Positions 13,292 to 27,499 of a stretch of DNA of 64,000 bases are shown here, piece by piece (position 1 is the stretch's first letter; each line of letters begins with the position of its first letter). The position numbers and the translations under genes are program-made. The notes beneath the pieces are model-generated. The model was given only the letters and a program-made list of their open reading frames with translations. It was not told where the DNA came from and did not search any database. Origin of the DNA: Mustelus asterias (Eukaryota). Location: positions 53,754,001 to 53,818,000 of the forward strand of contig NC_135806.1 in the NCBI RefSeq assembly GCF_964213995.1. The letters are read 5' to 3'.

Positions 13292-14472
13292 TATTATGAA
13301 ATATTTTGAGATGTAACTACACAAATGTCCTGAGACTTGTAAATAAAAACAAGGAGGGTCATTGCTTTGTTTCCAATTGGATTGCCTTTGTCCTTAGTTT
13401 GAGAACCCTGTAGGTACAGCATATGGACAATGCTCAAAAAGGGACAAATGTGGGCTGACAATGTATATTCCACAGCCATTAGAGGAGGAGTCATGCCAAT
13501 TTGGAACTAGGTAACACAATCAGATAGTTCTTACTTCATACTGTACAACCCATCCCAGGTGAGGTTCCTCAAAGTTGTTGATCCAGGCAAGACCCTGTCC
13601 CTATCCAACTGGGAGGCCCTCAAATTGTTACAATCCCAGAAGAGTAGGGATGAACTGGCTCCCTGTCTCTATTCAACCCCCTCTGTTGCTGGCAACAAAA
13701 TTTAATCTAGAAAAGATCCCTTTTCCCCCAGATCCCACAGTCATATTGAATTAAATGGTAAAACTCATGCATATGCATTCACGCAGATTAGAAATGGAGG
13801 ATCAAGTTCCAAGTAAGTAAATATTAAAGAAAACAGGTGTATGAAAAGTCCTTGACACAGGAAGAGTAAATGGTTGCGTGTTGCAACTTGAAATTCCAGT
13901 AAAGTTGACTTCAGTAGACGAATAGTCAGTTTTGTGACTCTAATGTCTTGTAGTTTGGCAGAGAAGCTTCCCAGATCTCTTTTCAGCTATGGACCTTGAC
14001 TGACTTCCAAAGTCAGAGAGAGAGAGAGAGAGAGCTGGAGATATACCTACAAATGGCCATTTGCAGGGGTACTTTGAGTAAATTAGCTGGCTGTTGTTTC
14101 TGTGTCAATCTTACACACTAGTTCTCACAGAACACACACCAACAGACAACCATGGGCATCTTTCAGCTGGTTTTTAATACCATTCTTTGCATATTCCAAG
14201 TGGAAAGGCAAATCCACAAAATCCGGCATTACAGCAGTATACTCTTGATGAGATGGCCACTATACTGCTTTGTCTCCACTGGAGATGGCAGTTAGCTTCT
14301 GGATGCCTTTTAGAAGTATCCAGTCTGGTAACAGGGTGAACCCTGCAACAATTCAGCCAGTGGCTTGTGTGACTATTTTCTTTTAAAGAAACTTAGGTGT
14401 TATTTAAAGTCCAATATTTCCAGACTTAATTTGGTGCTTTTCCATCGTTATTGGGACAGTACCCACGTAATA
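13292..14472. mobile_element. Probable old LTR-like repeat (partial second copy at ~14990-15165)
   Basis: About 170 bp of similarity between 13292-13460 and 14990-15165 (ggattgc..tttgtcctt..ctgtaggtacag..tatgga..aatgct); tattatg...cgtaata inverted ends; no TSD seen. Confidence 0.4.
14015..14033. repeat. (AG)n microsatellite
   Basis: Direct reading of the sequence. Confidence 0.85.
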
Positions 14473-15311
14473 AAAATAATTAATATTGATGACTGAAATG
14501 TGTGGCATGTTGGCATCAGCAACAAATGCCGTAAATCAGGCTGTGCGCATTCCAATCCTCCAGTGGTAAATTGCCTCTATCCCACTCTGAAGAGCTCATC
14601 AGAATACAGTGCCATATTTAAAAGCAACACCTTCCTTAAGGGAAGCATCTTACTTTCACTTCCCCTGATTAGCAATGGTTACTTATATTAGGAATAGTAG
14701 GCCAAACCTGAACCACGCCATGTTGTAATCTAGTAACAGAACAAACTGCAATTTCATCTGCAATGAACTTTGGAATGATAACCATAAATTTCTTGTAATT
14801 CAATATAAAACACAACGGTCAGTCACAAAGACAAAGCACAAGTTTCAAGGAAAGCATAGCATATCTGACAGATTAACTACATCCAACTAAACTAAATCTA
14901 CAAGTGCTGGCACGCTGATCATCCCCTGTCCAGTACAGATAAAGGGATACACCCTTCGGTGATGGATACCGGCTCTGTGCTCTCTGTCATGTTATAAAAT
15001 ATTTCTAACTGGAACTTACTCAGCTGGCTGGGATTTTCAAAACATGACAAAGTGGGTATCACTACTGTTTTCAACAGGATTGCGTTTGTCCTTTAGTTTC
15101 AAAGTTCTGTAGGTACAGTATATGGATAATGCTAGAAAAGGGACAAGACATTGGCTAACTGCTGGTGTATTAAAAGTGTCAAACAAGATCAGAATTAGTT
15201 AATATCTCAGACAGCTTGTGCCTTGTACCTGTCCAAGTAATATAATTAAAAATTAAGATTGCTGAGCAGAAAACACCAAGCAGTGTCTTTGGAGAGTAAA
15301 ACAGAGTTAAT

Positions 15312-15438
15312 GGCTGGAATTTTACCACCCCGCCCACCACGAGAATCGGAGCAGGTGAGGGGTGGAACATGGAACGGTCCGTTGACCTCAGGTGGGATTT
15401 TATGGTCTCGGGACAAGTGAGGCTGTAAAATCCTGCCC
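15312..15438. mobile_element. MITE, PIF/Harbinger-like
   Basis: Imperfect TIRs ggctggaattttac / gtaaaatcctgccc with AAT on both flanks; related fragment at ~11085-11180. Confidence 0.55.
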
Positions 15439-15589
15439 AATGTTGCAGGTTAACCTTCCGGATTTCCTGTTTTAATTTCAGTGTTTCGGCACCTGCAGTA
15501 TTTTGCTTTCGATTATTGAACTGCCGGACTTGGAATTTGCTGCACAGCGGCTTCTTAAAAATTCTCTCAGGATGCAGCCATTTTGGCTT

Positions 15590-16640
15590 GGCCTGCATTT
15601 ATTGGCAATCCCTCACTGCCTTTGGAGAAGGTGTTGGTAAGCAGCTTCCTTAAACTGCTGCAGTAGATCCTGACAGCACTGTGGCTGTAAGGGGATTTCC
15701 AGGATTTTGATCCAAATGACAGTGAAGGAATTGCAACGTAGTTCCAAGTCAGGATGGCGAGTGGGTCAGAGGGGAACTTGCAGGTGGCGGTGTTCCCATG
15801 TATCTACTGCCCTTGTCCTTCTAGGGTGGCAAAAGACTGTGCATTTGAAAAGTGCTGGCGAAGGAGCCTTGATGTAGTGCATCTTGTAGATGGTACACAT
15901 TGCTGCCAGTGTGCTGGTGGAGGAGAGTGCCAGTCAACCAGGCTGCTGTGCCCTGGATGGTGTGGAGCTTCAGGTTCATCCAGGCAAATGGAGATTATTC
16001 CATCAAACTCCTCACTTCTGCTTTGTCGATGCATTAGGAAGTCAGGTGAGGAGTTACTCACTGCAGAATTCCCACAATATTTATACGGCTGGTCCAGTTC
16101 AGTTTCTGTCAATAGTAGCCTCCCAGATGATGACATTTGGGGAGTCAGCAATGGAAATGCCAATGTCAGATGGTTAGGTTCTCTTTTGTTGGAAATGGTC
16201 ATTGCCCGACACGGAGTCATTATTATGTCACACATCAGCCCAAGCCCGAATGGTGTCCAGGTTTTGCTGCATTTGGACATGGTCTCAGCATCTGAGGAGT
16301 TGTTAATGGTGCTAATTGCACATCCCAATTTCTGACTGTTCCTCCATCATCAAGTCATTAATGACACCGCTGAAGATGGTAGGCCTAGAACACTTATCAT
16401 GAGGAATTCCTGCAGAAATATCCTGGGAGCTCAATGATTTGACTCCAACACCACAACCATCTTCTTTTGTGGTAGATAGGACTCCAACCAATGGAGAATT
16501 TCCCTCCAATTCCTACTGACTTCGGTTATGCGCTCTTGAGGTCAGGGCAGTCTCATTCCCATCTCACCTCTTTTGTCCATGTTTGGACCAAGACTATAAT
16601 GAGGACAGGAGATGAATACACCTGGTGGAACCCAAATTGA
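15590..16640 (-). mobile_element. Degenerate LINE family B 3' portion
   Basis: Same family as 4742-5960 and 61150-61910, including the 3' tail region. Confidence 0.7.
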
Positions 16641-18667
16641 TTGTCCATAAGCAGCTTATTACGAAGTAAGAGCCACTTGGACTGGAGGCCTTGTGACCCT
16701 TCCCTATCTTGATCATCATTCTGTTGGGAGTGATAGGCTCTGTTATTTCTGGTTCTTCCTGTTGACTAGGCATTTGGGTATGCTGTACTTGCAGGATGTT
16801 ACTCATTCCTGAGAGAGTGCTTGGCACTACAGTGCTGACAAGGGTGCTCTACTGGCCAGTTCAGGAATTGCTTTCCCTTCTTGCATTAACCTGGTATCTT
16901 TGTGGTCTGATAAGTTAGACTGACGGTTGGCTTCTGCTCGATGTTCCATTCGTTCCCCTCGGCTTGTTTCTGCATTTTAGTGAAGTTGAGGATTTTTGAT
17001 CCTGAGCTGCCACCAGATGAAGGTGTTGTTAACAGAACAGTATCCCTTAAAGAGATCTTTGTAGTCTTCAGTAGATTAACTATAAGTCTTGATTAACACC
17101 AGAACAATTACACATGTACAGTAATGGGTACTGGCTAGGGGCTATCTCCATACTTCGGTCTTTACCAGTCACTGCTCAACACCAGACTGAGCCCTGAGTC
17201 TGAATCTTACGCCTTCTTAAATCACTATGTGGGTGATACTGTACCCTGTATATGCTAGATTCTTACACTATTCTGGGGACCTCAGAAGGATGAATCATCT
17301 ATTTGGCTGAAGATGGTTGCAAATGCTTCAGCTTTCTCTTTTGAACAGATTTGCTGGACTCCATCATCATTGATGATGAAGAGACTTGTGGAGCTTCCTC
17401 CTCCTGTTAGTTGTCCATCACCATTCATGTCTGTAGGTGGCAGGACTGCAGAGCTTAGATCTGATCTGTTAGTTGTGGGGTGCTTAGCTCTGTCTAGTGT
17501 ACGTTGCTCCCGCTGTTTGAATGCAAGCAGTCATGTGTTGTAGTTTCACCAGGTTAACACCATATTTGTAGGTATGCTTGGTCTGGTTGTGGTATACCCT
17601 CCTGCACTCCTCATTGGTTACAAATGTCCAAATTAAATACTTCAGGTGACAAATATCCTTCAAGCTTTGCTAAAAAAACTGATCAGAATATGATAGTGAA
17701 AGATCAGAAGCAACTTACCAATGTCCAAAGAAAAATGGCTGCAACCTTTAAGGTGACTGCCAGACCAATTCCTTGCCTCTTTTGTGCAGCTGGAGAGAGT
17801 ATCCTTGCCTGGCTCCATATTTATCTATCCAGTGGTAGCCAGTGTATTATATGCAAAGGCATTTCTTACTCTCCCACCATTATGTCTGGTGTCCCAAGAG
17901 TGAATCCTTGGACTCCTCCTGTGTTTCATTTATATTCTGCCTCTTGGCAACAGTGTTGGAAACACAACATCAGGTTCCACATGTTGTTGATAGCACTCAC
18001 TCTCATTAAATGATCAGTCTTGCCTGTCTGACATCCAATACAGGTTAAGCAGAAATTTCCTTAGACCGAAGCCATTGACTTCAGTCCTTGCTACAAACTT
18101 TGTTCCCAGCAATTGACTTCGTCACTTGACATGGAAATTGTTTGAGGCTGAACCAGATATTTGTCTGTTTAGATGAAATAGTGACCCGCATCTCACTGAG
18201 ATTGTACAAACAACACGGAAACAAAAGACTTCCAAGTCTTCAGTTGTTCAAGCAATCTGTAATTCCTGTACTATTTGTATCCTAATAAAGGAGTCAGTCA
18301 GTCAGTGAGCACATTTATAATGCACTGGTTAATCATTCCGAGTTACATATTAAAAAGGAACATTCAGATATTCAGTGTAAGGTTAGGAACTAGCAATCTG
18401 CTTCCCCAGATGTATATGACTTATAGAAGTGGTTTTGTAGGTTGCGCCAGTAACTTTAGACACCATCATAACTGCATCTTGCAATAAGTTATTTCTTAAT
18501 TGAAGCAGTAAAGTACAATACACGTGATTTGAATAACTACATTGAACCCATTAGTATCATTATACAACAACTGAAGTTACAACAATTATCATAATGGCGA
18601 TAATTCAGCAAAATCCATTTGCCACGTTTTAATAGCAAGGGGGAGAGCCAAGATAATCAGCTTTCTT

Positions 18668-19012
18668 TTTAACTCATTCATGGGGCATGGGTGTCACTAG
18701 CTGGTCAGAATTTATTGCCCATCCCTAGTTTCCCTTGAAGGCATGAGAGAGTCAACCACATTGCTGTGGCTCTGGAGTCACGAGGGCCAGACCAGGTAAG
18801 GACAGCAGATTTCCTTCCCTAAACAGGACATTAGTGAACCAGATGGGTTTTTCCCACAATTGACAATGACCATGAAACCATCGGTAGATTCTTAATTCCA
18901 GATTTTTTATATGAATTGAAATTCCACCAGCTGCCGTGACAGGATTCGAACCCAGGTCCCCAAAACATTAGCCGAGTTTCTGGATTAATAGTCTAGTGAT
19001 AATGCTACTAAG
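18668..19012 (-). mobile_element. Second tRNA-derived SINE family
   Basis: Reverse complement of the 43453 and 63620 copies (ggttcgaatcc B box; tail gatgggcaataaa). Confidence 0.75.
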
Positions 19013-19329
19013 CTCTCCAGGAGGTAAAATGTTGGAGCAATGTAAAAGTCTCAAGGTATTTTGGGATGACCCAAGGAACAGCCTTGCAGATGATGAGCAG
19101 GCTTCGGGGAGTCAGGAGACGAGTTACTCACCACAGGATTCTTAGCCTCTGACCTGCTCTTGTAGGCACAGTATTTATATGGCTAGTCCAGGTATGTTTC
19201 TGGTCAATGGTAACCCCAGGATGCTGATCGTGGGGGATTCAGCAAAGCATAATCCATTGATACTCTTGATTACCTGCGAGTGTCAGGCTATCGTCACTCC
19301 ACCTATATATTCTGTGCCTGCATGCCTCT

Positions 19330-20056
19330 CTCCATTTCACCTGGCAAAGGAGCAGCGCTCCGAAAGTTTGTAATTTCAACTAAACTTGTTGGACTACAAC
19401 CTGGTGTCATGTGGTTTCATTGGTCAGAACTTTGAATACAGGAGTTGGGACACCTTGTTGAAGTTGTACAAGACATTGGTAAGGCCACACTTGGAATACT
19501 GAGTACAGTTCTGGTAACCCTATTATAGAAAAGATGTTATTAAACTAGAAAGAGTGCAGAAAAAATTCACCAGGATGCTACCGGGACTTGTTGGTTTGAG
19601 TTATAAGCAGAGGCTGGATAGACTGGGACTTTTTTCCCTGCAGCGTAGGAGGCTTAGGGGTGATCTTATAGAGGTCTATAAAATAATGAGAGGCATAGAT
19701 CAGCTAGATAGTCAACATCTTTTCCTAAAGATAGGGGAGTCTAAAACTAGAGGGTATAGGTTTAAGGTGAGAGGGGAGAGATACAAAAGGGTCCACAGGA
19801 GCAATTTTTTCCACACAGAGTGTGGTGAGTGTCTGGAGGTACAATTTTGTCTTTTAAAAAGCATTTAGACAGTTCCATGGGCAAGATGGGAATAGAGGGA
19901 TATGGGCCAAATGCAGGCAATTGGGACTAGCTTAGCGGTTAAAATAAAAAGATCGGCATGTACAAGTTGGGCCAAAGGGCCTGTTTCCAAGCTATAAACC
20001 TCTATGACGTCTTATCTTGTCCACCCCAGTACAACACCGGCATCTCCACATCATGG
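19330..20056 (+). mobile_element. PLE pLTR remnant split by a CR1 3' fragment (~19420-20007)
   Basis: pLTR left part (degenerate hammerhead 19336-19372) and right part (ccagtacaacaccggcatctccacatcat) flank a CR1 ORF2 C-terminus (FTRMLPG...RRLRGDLIEVYKIM). Confidence 0.8.
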
Positions 20057-22478
20057 TAATTGTCGTGGAGTGATGCAAACAGAAAAAGAAAAACGGTAAA
20101 GCTACAATACAAGCTCACTGTAAAACCTATCCTTAAAAAGATAAAAATTGAATAAAGCTATTCTTCCTGCTACTGATTTTGCACTTTTGGCTGGGGATTT
20201 GCCATATGTTTGCTTAACAGTAATTACCAGTGCAAATGACTACCTGCTTCAAATAAATGTGAAGAAAACAGTTCTCAATATTGGATTACATCAGATAAGT
20301 AAATAGTCATTGAAATAGAATCAATGCACTGCAAGCATAAATCTGCAGGTGAAAAAAAAATAGGATTGTATTTAGCTTTGAAGTACAACAGCTCATATAT
20401 CTATACAAAACTGCGATGTGCTGTTTAAAATGGAATAGACAGCCATTAAATTGGTGTTAGTAATTACTTTGAAATTGCGCACGAGGCAATTTTATACAAG
20501 CAATTCATTTCCTCTGAAAGTACAATAGTTAAAGTCCACTATTGTAACTAGGTGAATGAATAAAACAGCCGTAATGCACAGTTACAGAAAAAACAAAGGC
20601 ATGCAATTTTAAAAGGCACATTTTGGACTCTTTCAAATATTTACTTCAGGCCTTGCTCTGAAACCAAGAAAGAAAATCACTGACATGGTTTTGAACTGAA
20701 CAGCTGGGATGTTTACAGGAAACAACTTAAAAAGTTAAATATCCTTATAAGCCCACACATTCTACAGTTAATATAATTGTTTCCATCACTCTAACAAATT
20801 CTGCTTTAATTGCTCCCTTTTGGGCCATGGATCAAGTCTGGCATCTTGGTTTACATGGTCAAGAACATGCAGGATCATATTTAATCTAGAATACAGAACA
20901 ATATGAAATTTCCCTGCAATGTATACATTGAGATGTATCTTGTAGCTATCTATATTTGCATAACATTACATAATGCACACAGACCCCTCCTGCTAGATCA
21001 ACATTCCTTCAAAAACTATTGATTTCTAATTTGAGATTGAAATTTCAAACAGCTTTGCGTCATAATATGGGTTCTTTATGTTGCTGTGGTGGTGGCTCAT
21101 TGACGGGATCTTGAGGCTTGTGTGATTAAAAATAAACACCATTATTGGTAGGTTTTAACTATTTATAGTTCCAAGTGTGGCCTTGCATGGTAATAGTTCC
21201 ACCATGTAAGCTAGCTGTACAGAATATTGTTTCTGGACTGTTCTTTGACTGTGTGACTACATACATTATACCGTGGGTGGTACCACCCAACCAGTTCCAC
21301 ATTAACCCTTGTTCTGCTGATACCATCACACTTTCCTTGCTGGATTTCGTTCCAAGGGGTCATCTGAACCCAGTTCCAATTTGCAAAGTATTTTTGCAGT
21401 TGAGGGTTGCGTCTTTTACAGCACCTTGGTTGGAGACATCAGCTACAAGAGTCATCAACAATGCAACAACACCTTCCCCATTGAATGTCAGCTAGGCTCA
21501 GCATGCTCCAAGTCTTAATGTTTGTGGTTTTCAAGCCCACTTCAGTCTGAATATACAATCTATGGTTGATAGTTTGGGACCGAGAGAGCATAGTATTCAA
21601 AGATACTGGATCTGAAATTCCAATCAGCCCAGTAGGCCAACAGATATAGGACAGAGCAGGCCTCGAGGCTGTCAAAAGACTTTAAAAATGTAGATACTGT
21701 CTTAAATTTTGGGGTTCATTTGCAAACCCAGCATAGGCAATCATTGTTTCTAAGATGTTATTTCTGAAGCCAGATGGTGAATCAGGAAGCCATATGCCGA
21801 TCATTTTACTTATTAGCTTAATTTACAGAATGCAGCATTGCCTCCTCCCAAACCAACACCCAGCAGTCTTTCTTTATACTCTTGAATAGAACAAAAATAT
21901 CAATAGATGAAACAAAAAGACAGGGGATGAGAGCCCCTGGTGGAGCACTGTGACAAAAATAAAAAGTACATTTGACTAGTCAAACCAAACCAACATATCA
22001 TTACCGGGAGTGATAATGCACTCCAGCCCCACCGATCTGTTGTCACCGCATGCTCCCTCTCCAAGTCCACCTGGCTGCTAATATAGCCATGGTAGAGCGG
22101 CAGGCTCTCTTTATGCTCTTGATCAAAACAAATAAATCAGTAAAATAAACAAATTAAAGAGGGGTGACAGCTCTGGTGGAGCACTGCAGCCAAAACAAAA
22201 TGGGAAAGGAAATTTAACTAACTAAACCAAAGTGTCATTAACCGAGGTGTAACCCAGTCCCTGTAGTGCCCACTGGTCATGGAAAGCCTCAAGTTATGCT
22301 CAATGCACTTAACTAATCAATGCCCCTCAACTGTGTATCCTTTACCTTGTTAATACAATTAACATGCCATTAACCGATGGAGACCTGGAAAACTGGAGTG
22401 GCACCCTGCTGCTAAATGTAGAAGACTGGGACCCTTATCAGTTGAAGCCAGTGTGATTTTTAAAAAGTCTGCTTCGAA

Positions 22479-22794
22479 GCAGCATGGTGGCACAGTGGTT
22501 AGCACTGCTGCCTCACAGCACCAGGGACCAGGGTTCAATTCCAGTCTCCGGTCACTGTCTATGTGGAGTTTGCACATTCTCCCCATGCCTGCGTGGGTTT
22601 CCTCCGGGTGCTCTGGTTTCTTCCCACTGTCCAAAGATGTGCAGGTTAGGTTGATTGGCCATGCTAAATTGACCCCGTCAGGGGATTAGCAGGGTAAATA
22701 TGAGGGGTTACAGGAATGGAGTGTGGGTGGGATTGTGGTCGGTGCAGGCTCGATGGGCCAAATGGCCTCCTTCTGCACTGTAGGGATTCTATGA
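22479..22794 (+). mobile_element. HE1-like SINE
   Basis: Full head-body-tail match. Confidence 0.9.
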
Positions 22795-23547
22795 CACTAA
22801 GAAATGCAAAAATAGAACCAATTATTGATCCCTGAAAGTGAATGAATGCTGTGCCCAAGAGCAGGTGTGGGTTCCACTGTGCATACTGGCTAGAGTTTGT
22901 GAAGCAGCAGGGAAATCCTCCTCGAACTCTACAGGCGGTGTTTCCCTAGAACTATTGAAAGTCTTGCTGACTGTCAGCCATAAAGTCTTCTGTTTTCTCT
23001 TTGGACAATAATCTTTCAGCTGACCCCGAGTTAACCTCTGGCATTGCGCAATCTTCAGCATCCACATCAGCCACACCTCGACACTCCCCCACCTCCCAAC
23101 CAGCAGAAGATCCACTCTTATCAGACTTTCCTGTCGGCAGAAAATGCACTATCGGACCAAATCATATAGGAACCTGTTCCATTTTTGGTAGTTACAATAA
23201 GAGTGAGTCGAACTAAGTTTCTCGTTTTTTTGGCTAAAGCTGGTTGCTCAGAATGACATAAAAATATCTGAAGAAAAGTAGGGAGTTCTCCTGGTGTGGT
23301 AGCCAAATTCCCCTCTCAAATTCCCCCTCGACAGATGACATCAGACTGCTCAGTATTTCTATGTTCAAAGAAAAGTGTTAGAATCTGGCAGAGAAAAGTA
23401 AATGCTGGCTGCGCTAGCTGTGTGCACAAATCCCATGGGGCCGCTAAATCTTGCGAGGCCAAAAATGGGATTTCACCTTCGAGGCTTCGGCTTCCGATCT
23501 TCCCCAGCTCCTCTGATAATGTGATCAGGTTAACGCCCAGTCACAAG

Positions 23548-23824
23548 TAGGCTTACATTAACACTGCAATGACGTTACTGTGAAAATCCCCTAGTCGCCA
23601 ATCTCCAGCGCCTGTTTGGGTACACGGAGGGAGAATTTAGCATGGCCAATGCACCTAACCAGTACGTCTTTCGGACTGTGGGAGGAAATCGAAGCACCCG
23701 GAGGAAGTCCACTCAGACACTGGGAGAAGGTGCAGACTCCGCACAGTGACCCGAGCTTGGAATCGAACCCAGGTCCCTGGCGTTGTGAGGCAGCAGTGCT
23801 AACCACTGTGCCACCGTGCTGCCC
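23548..23824 (-). mobile_element. HE1-related SINE with an alternative 3' tail
   Basis: Same head but a different tail (gggattttcacagtaac...gcagtgttaatgtaagcc), shared with 62652-62953. Confidence 0.85.
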
Positions 23825-24747
23825 ATGTTATTATCTTTACGTCCACCCTCAATGCATCATACCCCCCAACATCACACTGGTGTGAATTGCTGCTGGTTTT
23901 CAAAAATGGAAATCAATTGTGATGACTATGCCATGGGTGCACATTTAAGTATAGTCCCTGGGTGATAAGGGACATGCCTGGGTACTGCTTGCTGGCATTG
24001 CCAACCTGGCGGTGGTGGGGGGGGGGGGAAGGAAAGAGTACACCTATGCTTTTGAATTGGGGTTGCCCCGATGCTTGTGGGGGCGGGGGGGGGGGCTTCC
24101 CTGTGTGTCCTTGGGGGTGTTGATTTTTTTACACAGATCAGGGCGCCATCTTTCTCTGTGGAGATAGCTTTGCCGGTCTAGGAGGCCCTACCCCGTCAGA
24201 GTGACGCCGCAATAATGCCCCCAGATTCTCTGTGCACCGAGTCCCAGAAAAGGTGAAAAGAAAACTCAGCTACGCAGCTGGAGAGTTACACACCGGTTTT
24301 CAGAGTGAAACTATTCTGCTAAATTTTGGGAATTCCATCACTGGAGTTAAAGCTTGAATTTCTCTCAACATTAATACTGCAAAATCATATCTGCCAACAA
24401 AAAGCTTTAATCTGGAAATATATTCTTATGATTGTCAGCAGAAGAATGCGGTAAAGAGAGGGAGGAACATAGATTTTATCCAGCTAAACACATTCTCAAT
24501 TGAAGATGGTCCAAAATTAGTTCTAAATATGGATTTATAAAAACTTAGAACACTTAAAATGTCAGCATGCAGCTTTCTGTAAAAACTGAAGGATCCAGTT
24601 TATCTCCAAGGTCACGGATTTAATTCAAACACAATGCTGAGACCTTGAGATGAGGTATTAATAAAGCAATGTGTACCAAACAAAAACATTACTTCAGGAC
24701 AGATTCACAATATTTTTACAGCAGAATAGCAGCTCTTCTCAGCAAAT

Positions 24748-25240
24748 ATTATAGAAAAGATATTATTAAACTAGAAAGAGCGCAGAAAAGATTTACTAGG
24801 AAGCTACCGGGAATTGATGGTTTGAGTTATAAAGGAGAAGCTGGATAGACTGGGACTTTTTTCTCTGCAGCATAGGAGGCTTAGGGGTGATCTTATAGAG
24901 ATCTATAAAATAATGAGGGGCATAGATCAGCTAGATAGTCAATAACTTTTCCCAAAGGTAGGGGAGTCTAAAACTAGAGGGCATAGGTTTAAGGTGAGAG
25001 GGGAGAGATACAAAAGGGTCCAGTGGGGCAATTTCTTTCCACACAGAGGGCGGTGAATGTCTGGAACAAGCTGCCAGAGGTAGTAGTAGAGGCAGGTACA
25101 ATTTTGTTTTTTAAAAAGCGTTTAGATAGTTACATGGGTATAGAGGGATATGGGCCAATTGGGACTAGTTTAGGGGTTAAAAAAAGCAGTATGGACAAGT
25201 TCGACCGAAGGGCCTGTTTCCATGCTGTAAACCTCTATGC
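24748..25240 (+). mobile_element. CR1 3' fragment
   Basis: Highly similar to 19520-20007. Confidence 0.85.
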
Positions 25241-25724
25241 CCGTATAACTCCAAACTCTCTGCATTAGGGCACAAGTACAATTTCCAGGGTCCAGGACTT
25301 GTTTTTTGTTTTATATGGGATAGTCGAGAACCAGGATAATTTATCTTCACTCCGGTGGCTCCATCAAGAGCTTTTGTGGAAAAAGAAATAAAAATCATGA
25401 ACAGACGCGCAGGTGAATTTAGTCCAATTCAGATTTAAAGAAGATGTCAGGGCATCTGTAGGATTGGGTGGCTAGTGTGAATCAGCATAATGCCCTTTCA
25501 ATTCTCAGGCCTGGATTTGAGTGCAACTCAGCCTGAGGGAATGCATTTCACTCCAGTGACACTAGAAACATAGAAGATAGGAGCAGGAGGCGGCTATTTG
25601 GCCCTTCGAGCCTGCTCTGCCATTCATTACGATCATGGCTGATCGTCCAACTCAACCGCCTAATCCCCCCCCCCTCCACGATCTTTGATCCCATTCGCCC
25701 CAAACTACAAACAGGGCACTACAA

Positions 25725-26422
25725 TGTGCTGTTAGTGTACCTTTAAGAGTTTTTTTTTTAATTCATGCTCACAGCTTTAGGTGATGTCATTGTTGGGAGG
25801 AGAAAAACTGGGCAGGTCAGGTAATAGGGATTCATTTTCAGTTTGGAGTTGCAGTTTTGAGTTTTTGGATTTAGAAGGGGCAGCAAGTCAAAAAGTGTTT
25901 TCCCTCTCTCCCTGTTTTTTGTCCCCCTTTGGAAATTCTCGTTTTCCTGAAGGGTGAAAATTTGTTATTGGTGGGGCTGGACCAAAATCTCTCCGGGTGC
26001 TTTGGGAAACTGCCTTGTCTTCAAACTGTTCAGAGTGAATCCAGAGAACTGCAGACTTCATCCAAAGGTTCCAAGTCCAGTATCACACCTGCATTAGTCT
26101 ATGCTGTGTTAAACCTGTGAAAAGGGTCTTTTGTCTATGGGATTGTTTTGATTGGAACATATTAGATATATTTGTTAAGGGTTATACATTATAGTGGTTG
26201 TTTTGTTTCTTGTTTGTAATTGATAAAAGTTCCTGCTAATTTTCTTTCTATACATGTTAACTATATTCTGAAACTTTATTTGATAAAAGCTCCCTAGTGG
26301 GTATTTTGAATCACACCCGAGGTGGAACATATCATGCTTATCCTAGCAAATTCAAGATGCAAAACTTATGATTCAGACAGGCTTCATAAAACACTTTGGA
26401 GTTTCTGACCTGAGCCATAACA
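25725..26422 (+). mobile_element. LTR of the same family as 7911-8777
   Basis: TGTG...AACA termini; 26280-26422 is the reverse complement of 7911-8050; no clean TSD. Confidence 0.6.
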
Positions 26423-27030
26423 AACATCAACAACGAGATTCAACATTGCCTTTAGTGTGCCAGCGCAGCCTCCAGTGGCCCGAGGAAGAAAGTGTTTGAA
26501 GACCTGGCACCAAGCTCATGTTCTACAGAGCAGCAGTGATATCCACCCTCCTATATGACTAGAGATGTGGATTATGTACAGCAGGCACCTCAAAATCCTG
26601 GAGAAGTACCACCAGCACTGCCTCCGCATGATCCTGGAAATCCATTGGCAGGAAAGGTGCATCAAAGTCAATGTTCTCGCTCAGGCCAACATCCCCAGCA
26701 CTGAAGCATTGGCCACACTCAATCAGCTCCGCTGGACGGGTCACATCACCCACATGCCTGACATGACAAAATAAGCACTCTTCTCAGAGTTTTGTCATGG
26801 AAGTGAGCTCCAGCAGGGCAGAGTAAACACACCAATGATATCCTCAAAGCCTCCTTGAAAAAGTACAACATCCCCTCTGACACCTGGGAATCCCTGGCCC
26901 AAGACCACCCAAAGTGGAGAAAAAGCATCTAGGAAGGAGCTGAACACCAAGTTTCATCACTGAGAGCAAGTTGAGTCCAAGCATCAACAGTGAAAGGAGC
27001 ATGTGGCAACCCGGGCACATCCTCAACCCC
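26423..27030 (+). mobile_element. RTE-clade LINE 3' fragment
   Basis: LEKYHQHCLRMILEIHWQ...QLRWTGHITHM is typical of the RTE C-terminus. Confidence 0.75.
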
Positions 27031-27499
27031 AAGTGACTGCCTCAGGGGGAGACATTACACGGATAATTAGCCATGCATTATTTTCCTCCATTTGCTTCAT
27101 CCCTTCTTGATATTGTTGGCAAACATTGATAATTTTCTTGGGTCACTAAGACTCAATGATTGGGAATGTTGTACAAGCTGTTATCAAATACAAGAGGGGG
27201 ATGCAGGAGAGAGTAATTTTAGTGACTATGACTTTATTGATGATCCTGGCATTACTTCATATTCTTTTCCCCAAAATATTTCATTCTCTCCCCCAAATTA
27301 TTTCTAATTTTGATGTCAATAAAATACTTGACGATGTGTATGTATTTGCGCATTTACATATATGCATATTCTCTTTTAAATAATAATAAACCTTTTACTT
27401 TTATTCCCACAGGTTATGGGCATTAAAGGCTAGGACAGTGCTAGGAAAGCATTTAGACAGTTCCATCACACAACTGACTTGTGCGTTGTTGATGTTGAA

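Noticed and set aside
15754-16335. 193-aa and 174-aa overlapping ORFs
   Set aside because: Off-frame or antisense readings of a degenerate LINE fragment.
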